A DNA stretch of 64,000 bases, taken from positions 62,001 to 126,000 of the forward strand of contig NIVC01001535.1 of NCBI GenBank assembly GCA_002269645.1. The letters run 5' to 3'. Under the pieces are notes generated by a model. The model was not told the DNA's origin, did not search any database, and was given only the letters and a program-made list of their open reading frames with translations. This stretch comes from Macrostomum lignano. Taxonomy: Eukaryota. The position numbers were made by a program, and so were the translations under genes. The first letter of the stretch is position 1; each line of letters opens with the position of its first letter. Below, in pieces: positions 35,055-48,436 of the stretch.

Positions 35055-38000
35055 ATGCGTCCTGCATTATTCTCATTTGCAATTATCGTTGCGATTTCGT
35101 TATTGACGAGTAAGTAAACTCAACAAAAAGTTTATTCTACCTTAAAGAGACTTTAATCTTTAAGTAGCTGAGCCATTATCTCAACGACTTTATCCGTATC
35201 CATGCGTTGGGAAGCTTTGCTTTTGTGAAGCGATCCCCAGCCTATAGAAAACTATCATCACTTTAACTAATAATTTTGCATTTCTATATCGAAATTCACC
35301 TCGAAAAACACCTACTAATTGTTCAAAAAAGATTATACTGAAAATTACATTTATTTAGGCCATTATGCGACAGCGGCCTCTTACTACAGATGGAGGAGTC
35401 TGAATCAATCAGAAGGACGGAACTGCTCAAGCAGTCTTAATCCTGGCTTAAATGTCCACATCAGCGAGGCTCTGGTGGATATCATGATGTATCTCTGGAT
35501 GAATGGTAACATTTTAACAATTATATTTCTTGCATGCAATTCCGACATGAGCCTAGGTCTCATACTGCATGTATGCTAAACTATAGTGGACCCAGGGTAT
35601 TCAAAGGTTCACACAAAAAATCAGTCGCCACCATTTACCTGCACAAATGTAAACCGAGGGAAAATCCTGCTTATTAGACATGACTGTTACAGGCAAAGCT
35701 TTAACTGCATAGGTTAGGTATTAAAACGGAAAAATGTCGTACGGGAACGGCGATTCACTGGGTGTGCATAGAGAGTGGGTGTGTATTGGGAATGGGTCAT
35801 CCGATAAATCATCGGGGGAGGAACGTAGATATCCAGGGTTAGAATCGTGTAAAATTAAAACTTCAGTGTAAGTCCCATCAGTGGTCACAGCAAATTTTTG
35901 ATTTTTAAATCGTAATATACGTCTATTAAAGATCATAGCGCTATCCTTCAGAGACAAACAAAAATGTGCCAGAGATCTGTGGAAACGAAGTTCGTTTAAC
36001 CCATTCGGCATTCCTAGAAAACAATGCGGGCAAAGGTAAGCGATTTTGCTACGCTATTTAAAAAAGCGCAATGTAGGACTTAGAAATACAACAAATAAAT
36101 TGTATTTTAGTGTGCCTAAATCCGCACAACAACGGCGAAATACGGCTCATCAAATCCTTCCATGCGTTGATGAACGTTGAGGCCAAAGTGACGGCTATCG
36201 GCAGTGTGCCAGCGATGTTGGACTACAAAGACTCAGGGTCAGCTACCACATACAGAGGCTACTTTGAAGTTGCCAATAAACCAATATTGACTTCAGGACC
36301 GTCTGTTACTGAAATTGCTTATGTAAGCGGTTTCTATAAATAGTCAAAGGCAATATATATTTACCAAAAACATTTGTGCAGATTAAAAAAAGCGCTTATT
36401 TTTAGGCAGTCTACAGACTTCTAGTGACCAACGATTGGTCCTACGTCGCCATTGTGATCGAAGCTGAGGACGGAGCAGTGAGGCTGTCCCAAGCTCTACA
36501 GTCGATGTCCAAGGCCGATCAGAAAGTCTGCTTCCCGATCGTCATCCAACTCACGTCCAGTAATGCGACGGCAGCTGCAAAAGCTCTCAGGAACTTCGTG
36601 TATCCCGACATTCCCCGACTCACTGTCGTATATTCCGGATCCGGGAGCACATTTCTGTCGCTCTGGGACCTCGTCACGGGCTTGGATGCATTGACAGCCG
36701 ACTTGGAAAAGAGATATCAGCTTGTGCTGGTTGGAGACGCTCTTGGAAGCTTCTACCGAGCGACCAACTCGACGAGACGGCGACACTTTGGTCTCGGAAC
36801 ACTTTTTGTGTTTCCAGGAGTTCTTGACCCGAATCCGGCGTCGGACAGTCTAGCGGTGCTTCTGAAAAACATCAGCAGCACACCGGAATCGATGGGAGAG
36901 TTTCACCGACTTACGGACACTTGGTCACGACTGCAGCATTTCAAGAGCACAACAAGTGAGCAGTGCGACTGGACGAAATTCGGTGACCTGTGCTACACCC
37001 AAGCACTGATTTACGACTTCCAGCTGCTGTCATTCTTGCCGCTCATTGGCTCCGCCCTCGACTTTTCGCCAAGCGGAGTGGCGAGTCTCCGCCGGAAGAG
37101 CGTCAGTTTGTCGGACCTCCGATCTTTAGTGCCGTTCGTTGACGCGTTTTTGCGGCAAAACTTCACCGACTACTCACTCGCCAGAGGCTTGAGCCACAGA
37201 GATCGAGGCTTTTGGCAACCGATCGTAAAAGTGTACCAGAGCCGGTTTGATTCACGATCGGAGGCGATCCTGGAAAAGCTGGGCGAGTTAAGGATAGTGC
37301 AGGCCGGCTCAGCGAACCAGAACTACGAGTGGGACTTGAGCACGATGCCCGAGCTGTACGAGTTCAGGGGCGGAAATCCTGACAATCTTCCTGTTAAGGC
37401 AGTCAGTGGCAGCTCCGTGTGCCCGCGGAGCTGCCCCGAGTGCTCAAAGTATCGAGGCAAGCAGTCTGTTGAGTATCAGTTCGGCGACCTTTACATTGGC
37501 GCGTTGATCCCAGTGTTTAATAGGGCAACGGATGTGTACAAATGCAGCGACGGGAACTTTGATGAGCAATCGACTGAGTGGTCTACAGCTTTTCGATACG
37601 TTATTAAACTTGCGGCTTGGGCCAGCGAAGGCGGCGCAACTCCACCCCCTGGCGTTGATGCCTCCCTGGTTGATAAACAGTTCATGCTCGGACTGAGGGA
37701 CCTAGTCTCGAAGGTTCAGCGGAGTCGGAGTACTAAGCTAAAATGGGGCTACGTAATTCTTGACAGTTGCTATTCAGCGCCCCTCCTGACGAACAGGCCA
37801 GCTTTGTTGCTAAATGGCAAGCTGGAGCCTTTAACTGGGCTTAACTATACCAAGTTCGTAGGCTTTATTGGAGAAGCCTCCAGCACTCAAACGATGGCGG
37901 CTAGCCAGGTGCTCAAGCAATACAGCCTGCCTATTATTAGCTTTGCGTCAACATCAACAGCTCTGAGCGACGTCTTTCAATATCCGTTCACAATGAGGAC

Positions 38001-39897
38001 AGTGTCATCAGACAACGAGATTATTGAGGCTATGATGACTATACTAAGGCACTACAATGTCGATTTGATTACAGTTGCTTATGCACCAAACGCTTACGGC
38101 TTATCGCTTCGCGACGCAATGTTGACCAGAGCCAACCGAGATGGAGTCTGCATCGCCAAACTGCTGGTACTGAATTGCGCTTACACAGATACGGTCTGCA
38201 AAAGAAATCTAGCAAACGATATGCGCAGGCCAGGAACTCGATATGTAGTATTTCTATGCGACTCCGTCGACCTCGCCGCATTTCTTAACTACACTGAGGT
38301 AAAACGTTTTTAGGTTTCGAATCTCCATATTTTCTTTTGAATTTTTTTAGCACCTAATCTATCCATGGTTTCAATTTTTAGGTGGAATCAGACCTCGAAT
38401 TTATAAATATTTTGGCAACTGAAGACATCGACGAGGTGATGTTTACGGGAAAAAACAATCTCGGTGTGGGAACCACCATGGTGCAGCTGGTCTCCGCTCC
38501 TGAGCCGGGATTCCTCAACTACCTCAACTACTCGCTGACACGCATGCCCCCGAACTCCAACAACTTGTCCCAGTGGGACCGACTGTACTTCGAGCTGGTG
38601 CACCAGTGCTACCTCACGGACAGCTTTGTGCGCAGTGATAAGTACACCCAGCCGTGCTTGCCCAGCATCGTCGCGTCGCATCACATTCGCCAGCTCGAGT
38701 CCCGATCCGTGTTCGTCATGACGGCGACTCAGACGCTGATCCTCGGTTGCCTGACGGCAATCGACTACTTGTGTCCGGTGGTGACGCCCGAGCCGGCGTG
38801 TCCGAACTTCTTCAAAGGCGACAGCGTCACACAGGAGCAGCGAGCCAACCTCATCATGTACGGCAGCCGGCTGAAGCCGTCCGGAACCACAGCGCAGCGG
38901 TTCTCGGGCAAATACGGAGGCGAGGAGTGGTCCTTCCAGAAGATCTTCGAGAACCGGATGGGTCGGACGCCGATGCGGCTGATGCAGTACCGGAAGATCG
39001 GCTCGGCGGAGTACCGCTTCGTGCAGGTGAGTGTCTCACTATTTTTGAATCGCGTGTGGGAACTTTTTGGGAGAGTTTAGTCACGACAATATTCGAAATG
39101 TGTAATGAAGAAACTACCGTACCAAGAAATATTTATTGACACTGATTCATTTCTTAATGAGGTAGGGAATGAAGAGCAAAGTTTTTTATTCAGTTTATTT
39201 TAGAAAACCATGAGGTGGATTTCTGTATTTAGGTATTTAGACAAATGGATACGTACATGCATTTAGTGGTAAAATGAGCATTAACACAGGAATCTACGGA
39301 GTATTATTTTCGTTAGACGAGCGTATGATGGGCGCCCAATCCGCTGTCTCCGGAGCTCCTCAATACTGTTCGCAGGCAGGCACGCCCACACAGACTTTTG
39401 ACATTTGATTTTTCTTTGCCACCCCAAAATCAACCCAGTTCGGCCTATTCGACGGCGTGAGCAAATCGAATTTCGCTGAGTCAGCTGAGAAGCTGTTTGC
39501 TCAAGAGCGTCAAGTCAACCCGAGTCCAGCCAAAGTCTGTCGTCGGGCGGAAGATTGCGGCCATCCCAAATGCGTGAACAGCATCAGCCAGTCGGCTGCA
39601 TCAACCGAATCGGGCGTCATCACTCCCAGACCTGCACCGTCGCCTGCGCTTGGCCTCCTAGGCCTTCTATTCCTTCCCGGAGTTCTTGTGGGAGTGATCA
39701 TCTTTTGGTGCCTTCGGCGGCTGATCCCTAATTTTGGGAGCAGCGAGTCGGATTACGCCTACGGTGATAGAGCGACCACCGAATTGCCTGAAGTTTCTAC
39801 GATGGGGCGAGAGAATAGAGATTCAGGTTTGTACGATACCGCCTTTGACACGGGCACAGAATCGGGCCGTGCTCTGCCAGCGATCAAAGCGTACTAA
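35055..39897 (+). CDS. Single-pass type I membrane protein A with two tandem class C GPCR-type Venus-flytrap (ANF_receptor) domains, about 1164 aa
   Basis: join(35055-35109,35359-35505,35952-36035,36111-36322,36406-38298,38382-39026,39439-39897) = 3495 nt with all phases compatible. Signal MRPALFSFAIIVAISLLTSHYATA. VFT motifs GDLYIGALIPV, GYVILDSC, GEASSTQT, LPIISFASTSTALSD..YPFTMRTVSSD, NAYG, GVCIA. One TM (LGLLGLLFLPGVLVGVIIFWCL). Confidence 0.85.
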
Positions 39898-42008
39898 GGA
39901 CTGGTGCTCACTTGATCGGACTAACCGAACAAGTTAATACGACGCTGAAATGTCACTCTGTTGTTAATTTAACCTAATAACTGATTCGGGTCCAGGGAAA
40001 ACTGAAAGAGAACTTTATTTTTTTCTTAGAAATGCTCTGGAGGCAGGTAAGGAACGTGCGTTTGTCGCGTCGCTAGTGTACCCTTTCTACTGCGAATGTG
40101 CCACAAGTAGTTTTAACTGTAGCCAATCGGTCTAGGGCTCCGCGTCTGCCCCTTTTTTACAGTCAGTTTTGTCAAATTGCTCATTGTAAAGCTGAAATAT
40201 CTTCCATCAATTCAGACGGTTTATGGGAGCACTTGGTGCAATGTGGATTAAGTTCCGACAACCAGTCTTTTTAAACCGGCAGTTTGCTTTCAATTCAAAA
40301 AGTTTATATTCGATTTAATTCCGAGAATGGACTATATACTGTATATCCGAATCCAGTTGTTTAATTTATGGCCAAGACTGCTAGAAGTTTGTATACCCAT
40401 ATACTGTCAGTGGCTTGAATTGAAAATTTCACCTATTTTCGAATGAAGCTAAGGATGAAACCAACCAAATTGTCTGAGTTGAATAAAAACTGTTTAAATG
40501 GAAGGCAAAATGTCGGTTAAGAAAGCTTGGTTGCGGGAAATGAATGCACATTGCACCAGGTGCTACCATAAACCGTCTCTGAATTGAATGAAAATATTTC
40601 AACTTTGACAGCACATTTAACAAATTTGAATGGAAAGGTGTAGAATCTCAGCATGCAAGTACGCTCGTAAGTAAGCCCAAATTTGGTAACCATGCATATG
40701 CGGCACAGTTTATGTCAAAGAGAGCAACTTCAACAACAACCGAAAAATGGGGCAGCGTAGAGTTAATAAACTGAATAGTAATCAACCGAGCTAAAAAATT
40801 CTACAATTCTACATTGAAATTTTACAAGTGTCATCTTGTGTAAAAACAACAAACTTTTTCTATAGCCAGGAGAGACTATTGCTGCTATCGTTTAGGGTAA
40901 CTGTTTATTTATCAGTATAACCGTGAGTCGATCATATATCACATGCATTACATTTTATCTGCATCTTTTCAAAATTTTGCAACCTGTAAATTTAAAGTAG
41001 TGAATTGTTTTTTTTCTAATAATGCGATTACCATAGAATTTTTTAAACATCAAGGGCTGGCCAAGGCAGGCCAAAAAGTGCACCATTTTTTGTATAAAAG
41101 TACAGATTCTTATGCACTTTAATATATGAGTCATTTAACAGATACTCGAGAGACAGAGAATCTGAAAATCTGTTGGTATCAAAACAGAATGATTTGAATA
41201 TCGTGTTGCATTTATTTATTATTTATTCGACGAAACCAACTAAACTATTTGAACCTGCAGGTGTTATGCCGTAGCTTCTATTCAAGCCAAGGACACACTC
41301 TATTTGTTAAACTTTCTAGATATATAAGGATTTTACGTTTAAACTAGATGATACATTTTTAAATTGAATCAGTCGGGTACTATACTGCCTACTGGATCGT
41401 TCGTTATTAGTAGCATTCTCTAATTGCAAAAGTGCCTGCAATAAGAAAATGAAGAAACTATCAATATTAAACTACATCGTAAATTGACCCTCTGAAGCTG
41501 CAGTTAGATTATTTTTAATTGAGACATTATAACAAGACAAAAAGTGAGTCAAATATACGAATTAATGTTTTAAATCCTTGTTGTCGACCTATATTTATCC
41601 GCGTAATATCGTCAAAAATATTTACTACGCTTGAATATTTTTGGTATGGAGCAAAAACAAGCTAAGATTAGCCAAGGGCTGGACCATTCGTCCCACGCAA
41701 TGTGAGGGTAAATAATGCTCGCACGAAAGAGATGAAAAGCTCGGTTTGGTTAGAAAAAAGATAGGTGAGAGAGAGGTAGGAATTAGAACGACAATAGCTC
41801 ACTCTGAAAAGCAGGAGTTGAGGGGCAGAAATTTCTTTAGTTGTTGTTCACTATAACCAAACAACTTAACGAAAAGAGACATAAAAACGAATTGCATTAC
41901 ACATTGAGCAGAGGCTCCGTAGCTGACTATTTTCTGAAGGCTGTGCTTTTCGTTCATTTGAAACGCAGAATTGAGTCCGATCAAGTCCCAGGTCGGCGAA
42001 CGTTTCAG

Positions 42009-45000
42009 ATGTGGCTTCGTTTAAGACGCGTTGGCCTACTTAGTTTTGCGTGGGTCCTGTTGACTGGTGAGACAGCTCCGTATCTGTTGAGCCATATACA
42101 GTGTTGGGCAAAGTTCCGGCACTTCCGGCACTTTTAGTACCGGAAGTTACTTTTTTTAAAGCGGCACTTTTTTCCGGTTCTTTTTTCAGAATTCCGGACT
42201 AGGGTAACGGAAGTTACTTTTTGATAAGTCCGGTCCTCCGGCACTTTAAAATGAAATTTAAGCTGCCGAACAGCCAATTTAGCACTAAATATTTCCCAAA
42301 AGCGCAAAACTGTCACCAAAATACTCGCAGTACAATTATAAAAAGGTAAAAAAGAGATGATCCTAGTTTGTGTAGTTTTTATCTTAAGTTAAAGCACGTT
42401 TTAAGCATCCAAAAATCATAGAATTCAGTAATTATTGGTAAATACTAATGCTGAAACAAGACACTTTCAAAACAATAAACGTCCTTTAACAACTCCTTGA
42501 AAGATTTCGATCTAACAAGGACAACTAGCAGTACATCAGGACGCTACACACATGATTCGTGGAAAATCTTTTGAAGGCCGATTTCTTTATTTCGATGTTC
42601 GTGCAGGACGACACAAATGATGCATTCTAAAAATGATGCATTTAAAGAGTATTTTGACTTTTAACTCTTTTGAGGCTAATTATAATTTTCTGATTGCAGC
42701 ACATGGCACACTAATCAAGTTATTTTAAGTCTTGTGCATTGGTCCATCTATCAAATTCCATCCATTTGTTGTCCTGGTATCTTTTTTCTCAATTGTTAAC
42801 TGGCATTTCCAAGGCTGCCAGAAGATTATCATTGATTCTAAATGAGTCAGCTGTGCAAAAGTACACTTACACTACTGTAAAAGTATAGCTGTTGTAAAAC
42901 TACAGCACAATACTAGTATGGGGACGAGAATGACCCACAAAAACTAAAAGTCATCTGAAGAAGTATTCTACTCATTGTGACACACCTATTGGACAAAAAT
43001 TATCTTCATTCATACTTCTGAAGAGTCAGAATCAACATTTTAAAATCGGCCTCCAAATTTTTTTCTACGAATCGCGAGTGTAGCGTCCTGATATATCAGA
43101 TACTGCTAATACTTGTTTTGTAAAGGTTTTGTTTATTCACTCAAATTTTGGATGCGATAATAAAAAATATTATGTAGCATCTTTTTTGAGGAATAACAGC
43201 ATGTATAAGTCTCGATCAACAAATAATTTTTGTTTTTTTTTCACAAAGGCATGTTTGAGCACTTTTTAATTGGCCGTTCTTTAAAATAAAGGACCGGTAA
43301 CGGAAGTACCGGAAGTTACTTTTTATAAAAAGTACCGGTGCCGGAACAAGTGCCGGAAGTTACTTTCCTTGGAACCGGAAGTTACTTCCCATATATGACT
43401 TTGTGACAACAAGTGACATGTCTGTAAAGCTGCCTACGAAATTTCGTATTGATTATGCAATTCCTTTTAGCCTCCTTTGTGCAGGCATAGGCAACCAATC
43501 GGTAGCAATACAATGGATGGCAAGATGACAATTACCAATATATAGTGTCGATTCCATCCGTTGGTAAATTAGTATACTATTAGGCTAGGGTGCAACGCCT
43601 CAGACTATCCAAGGCCAGAACTTAAGGGGAAATGAGTTACGGACTTACTCAAGGCACAGTTTTGACCCATATTCGCTTCATACAGAATTGTACTGCGCAA
43701 AGTCTACAACACCGTTGCTCACATTTCGGTGGAGAAGCCTCAATCAGTCATCTGGTACCAGCTGTACGAACTTGCTCAAGCAGCAGCTTAATGCCCACGT
43801 TAACGAAGCTCTGGTGGACATTCTTATGTACCGGTGGCTTGGTGGTAAATTATTCTTGGTTCTACATGCAACAATATTTCAACTCTAAAACACTATGCAA
43901 CACAACAAACATGATTACTTTACCCGTAGAATTCGATACGACAATAAAAGAAGTATGCGACAACAGCTTCCAACTGACGGAGTCTGAATTTCTACGGTCA
44001 AATCTTAATAAAGGTTTGTCGAACTATTTGGATATTTTTAAAATGTCACCGTATGATACGATTTTACGTACCATTCGACATTTTGACGTTTTAGTATGCC
44101 TCGGTTTGCACAGAATCAGCGAACTCGAGTTCATTCGATCATACTACAGCCTGATGGACATCAGTGCACCCCTTCGAGCGGTCACATCCATTCCGGCAAT
44201 CAGCAACTACCAGAATTTGTCAGAAAGTTCAACTAGGAGAGGTTACTATAATCAAGACGCATCGATTCTCACCTCTGGACCGTCGATATTTGAGACGGCA
44301 GATGTACGTTTGCATCGCTAGTTCACAAGAAAGGTCACCTCTCAGTTGAAAACTTATTCAAAATTATTCGTTCCGTACTACTAATCAATTACATCTCCAG
44401 GCAGTCTACAGACTTCTAGTGACCAACGATTGGTCCTACGTTGCCATTGTGATCGAAGCTGAGGACGGAGCAGTGAGGCTGTCCCAAGCTCTACAGTCGA
44501 TGTCCAAGGCCGACCAGAGAGTCTGCTTCCCGATCGTCATCCAACTCACGTCCAGCAATGCGACGGCAGCTGCAAAAGCTCTCAGGAACTTCGTGTATCC
44601 CGACATTCCCCGACTCACTGTCGTATATTCCGGATCCGGGAGCACATTTCTGTCGCTCTGGGACCTCGTCACGGGCTTGGATGCATTGACAGCCGACTTG
44701 GAAAAGAGATATCAGCTTGTGCTGGTTGGAGACGCTCTTGGAAGCTTCTACGAGCGACCAACTCGACGAGACGGCGACACTTTGGTCTCGGAACACTTTT
44801 TGTGTTTCCAGGAGTTCTTGACCCGAATCCGGCGTCGGACAGCCTAGCGGTGCTTCTGAAAAACATCAGCAGCACACCGGAATCGATGGGAGAGTTTCAC
44901 CGACTTACGGACACTTGGTCACGACTGCAGCATTTCAAGAGCACAACAAGTGAGCAGTGCGACTGGACGAAATTCGGTGACCTGTGCTACACCCAAGCAC

Positions 45001-47739
45001 TGATTTACGACTTCCAGCTGCTGTCATTCTTGCCGCTCATTGGCTCCGCCCTCGACTTTTCGCCAAGCGGAGTGGCGAGTCTCCGCCGGAAGAGCGTCAG
45101 TTTGTCGGACCTCCGATCTTCAGTGCCGTTCGTTGACGCATTTTTGCGGCAAAATTTCACCGACTACTCACTCGCCAGAGGCTTGAGCCACAGAGATCGA
45201 GGCTTCTGGCAACCGATCGTAAAAGTGTACCAGAGCCGGTTTGATTCACGATCGGAGGCGATCCTGGAAAAGCTGGGCGAGTTAAGGATAGTGCAGGCCG
45301 GCTCAGCGAACCAGAACTACGAGTGGGACTTGAGCACGATGCCCGAGCTGTACGAGTTCAGGGGCGGAAATCCTGACAATCTTCCTGTTAAGGCAGTCAG
45401 TGGCAGCTCCGTGTGCCCGCGGAGCTGCCCCGAGTGCTCTCATCACAGCGTCAGACAATCCATTGAGTTCAAGCATGGCGATATTTACATAGGCGCGATT
45501 CTACCAATTTTTGACCACGGCACTGACGAGTTCAAGTGCAGCGATGCTAAATTCGATCTATTCGCATCGGAATGGTCGGCCGCTTTTAGGTTCATAATGT
45601 CGCTGACCAACTGGGCAAGCCAAATGACCGAATTGCCCCCTGGAATTGAAGTTAATCTTGTTGATCAGTCGTTTGTGCTAGGGTTGAAGGACCTGACTTC
45701 AAAGATACACGAGGGTCGTAGCAAGAGGCTCCGATGGGGCTATGTGATTCTTGACAGCTGCTACTCGGCACCATATTTGACTAGCCAACTCTGGCTTCTG
45801 CTAGATGGAAGGCTCGAGCCAGTTGTTAATGTTAACTACTCAAGCTTTGCTGGCTTCATGGGCGACCTGTCTAGCACGCAAACCATGGCCGCTAGTCAGA
45901 TTCTGAAGCAGTATAGACTGCCAATTATCAGCTTCGGCTCGACGTCTACCGCGCTCAGTAACGTGTTTCAGTACCCCTACACGATGAGAACTTTGAGCTC
46001 AGATAATGAGATTGTAGAGGCCATGATTAGTTCAATAAGGCATTACAAAGTGGACTTAATTACAGTAGTCTACACGCCAAATGCCTACGGACTGTCTCTC
46101 AAGAATGCGATGCTGTCAAAGGCCAGCAGAGACAAGATATGCATCTCCAAGCAGCTGCTGTTCGACTGCGGAATCTCCGATCCGACCTGCAAACGAAGAG
46201 TGGCTCTTCAAATGCGCAACTCTGGCAATCGATACGTGGCTTTTCTGAGCGACGGCACCGACTTCAGAAATTTTTTAAACTACCCTCAGGTAAGTCCATC
46301 AAGACGTGCACCTATAGTGTTGACTGGAAGAAACAACATTAGAATTAACATCGTGAATGCTAAAATTTACTTAAGGTGGAAACCGATCTGGAATATGTTA
46401 CTATCTTTGCAACGGAGGCAATCGATGCGGACTACTTTGACGGCAGGAACAACCTTGGAGTCGGAACCACCATGGTGCAGCTGGTCTCCGCTCCTGAGCC
46501 GGGATTCCTCAACTACCTCAACTACTCGCTGACTCGCATGCCCCCGAACTCCAACAACTTGTCCCAGTGGAACCGACTGTACTTCGAGCTGGTGCACCAG
46601 TGCTACCTCACGGACAGCTTTGTTCGCAGTGATAAGTACACCCAGCCGTGCTTGCCCAGCATCGTCGCGTCGCATCACATCCGCCAGCTCGAGTCCCGAT
46701 CCGTGTTCGTCATGACGGCGACTCAGACGCTGATCCTCGGTTGCCTGACGGCAATCGACTACTTGTGTCCGGTGGTGACGCCCGAGCCGGCGTGTCCGAA
46801 CTTCTTCAAAGGCAACAGAGTCACACAGGAGCAGCGAGCCAACCTCATCATGTACGGCAGCCGGCTGAAGCCGTCCGGGACCACGGCGCAGCGGTTCTCG
46901 GGCAAATACGGAGGCGAGGAGTGGTCCTACCAGAAGATCTTCGAGAACCGGATGGGTCGGACGACGATGCGGCTGATGCAGTACCGGAAGATCGGCTCGG
47001 CGGAGTACCGCTTCGTGCAGGTGAGTTGATATCCTTTTGACATGAGTAACTACCAAGCAACTTAGTAGCTTAAGTAGGGATAAAATTTAGATTAAATAGG
47101 ACTAATACGAGCGTACCGTGAAAGTATCCTTATAACTATAACCGTTGTAACGCGCCGGCAGGTAATGATATTACTGGTATGAGTGTAGTAGCAGCTGAAA
47201 CTCCGATAGAAAGAAGAGAACTATTCATATTATAATCGTGAAATACGAGCGGTTGAATACATTGACAGTTGGAATAATGGTTATCGGTTGTTTTCAACAA
47301 GTGCATTCCATTCAATCCCAATGCACTCTTGCGCCAGTTCGGTCTGTTCGATGGAATCAACAGTTCGACTTTCACGGCCGCAGCCGAGGAGCTGTACCAA
47401 TACGAGCGGCAGTCCAGCTCCAGCCTACTAAAGTCCTGTCGAACTCAAGCAGAATGCGACAGTCCAGAGTGCGTGAATTCGTTTGGCTCCGACGGCGACC
47501 CCGGTTCCGGTATTTCCGGAAGCAACCTGGCCTTGCTGGGGTTGTTGGTGCTTCTGTTTATACCGGGAATCTTAGCGGGTGTTCTGGTAGCCAAGTACAC
47601 CGGGAAACCCATTCCTCTGTGGCCCTGCAACTGCGATAGCGAAGCGGACAAAGGCGAGGACTATTACTATTATGCAGATCCCGAAATTCAGGACTCCACC
47701 GTGGCAAATGGATTCGACAATCCCGCTGGTCCCAGGTGA
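42009..47739 (+). CDS. Paralog B of the tandem Venus-flytrap single-pass receptor, about 1148 aa if a 1-bp deletion near 44751 is corrected (pseudogene or assembly indel)
   Basis: join(42009-42066,43686-43844,43930-44013,44095-44303,44401-46289,46376-47020,47338-47739). Same exon phases as A; signal MWLRLRRVGLLSFAWVLLT; TM LALLGLLVLLFIPGILAGVLVA. The sequence ttctacgagcg lacks one C relative to A (ttctaccgagcg). Confidence 0.8.
42099..43390. mobile_element. Possible hAT-like non-autonomous element in intron 1 of gene B
   Basis: Begins cagtgttgggcaaagttcc; clusters of ccggcactt/ccggaagttac motifs at 42110-42245 and 43290-43390; the right terminus and TSD are not clean. Confidence 0.35.
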
Positions 47740-47986
47740 GCGAACTCTCTGGCGGCTTTGAACTGGTAGTTAGTAGTAAAATTAAGTGTTATAATTACTA
47801 TAGTACAGTTAATTAATACTATAGGACATAGAAGAAGACCGCACAGAAATATAACCACGGAGACAGAGCTAAGATACCAAGACACTATGAACCCAAAGCA
47901 GACATCAGGACAAAAACTACGAAGAATACTAAGACAGAAGGGACTACTAGATTATATAACAAAGTGTTTCTAGTGGTCCTTGTAAG

Positions 47987-48220
<234 letters not shown>

Positions 48221-48436
48221 GTGGCCACCCTTCACCCCGCCAGCCTGCCAGTCCAGTCGGATTCCTATTACTATTGCGACCCGGATGCGACAGCGGGCGG
48301 CAGCTCGGGTGCAGCAGTGTCACGGAAGTTGCCAACGTTGCCACAGGAGGAGCCGCCGACGCCGAAGAGGCGCGTATTTCGCGCACTGGACGCGAGCGAC
48401 CCCACCACGGAGCCCGTCACATCGGCAGAGGATTAA
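48221..48436 (+). CDS. Candidate extra terminal (cytoplasmic-tail) exon of gene B
   Basis: GC-rich open frame [22 protein letters not shown]...AED-stop. SYYYCDPD echoes DYYYYADPE in the preceding exon, and there is a good donor (CAG|GTGAGC) at 47735/47736. Confidence 0.4.
   Translation: MATLHPASLPVQSDSYYYCDPDATAGGSSGAAVSRKLPTLPQEEPPTPKRRVFRALDASDPTTEPVTSAED

Noticed and set aside
36424-47020. Calling the VFT genes metabotropic glutamate receptors or receptor guanylyl cyclases
   Set aside because: Only one TM helix followed by a short tail and stop; no 7TM, kinase-homology or cyclase sequence in the window.
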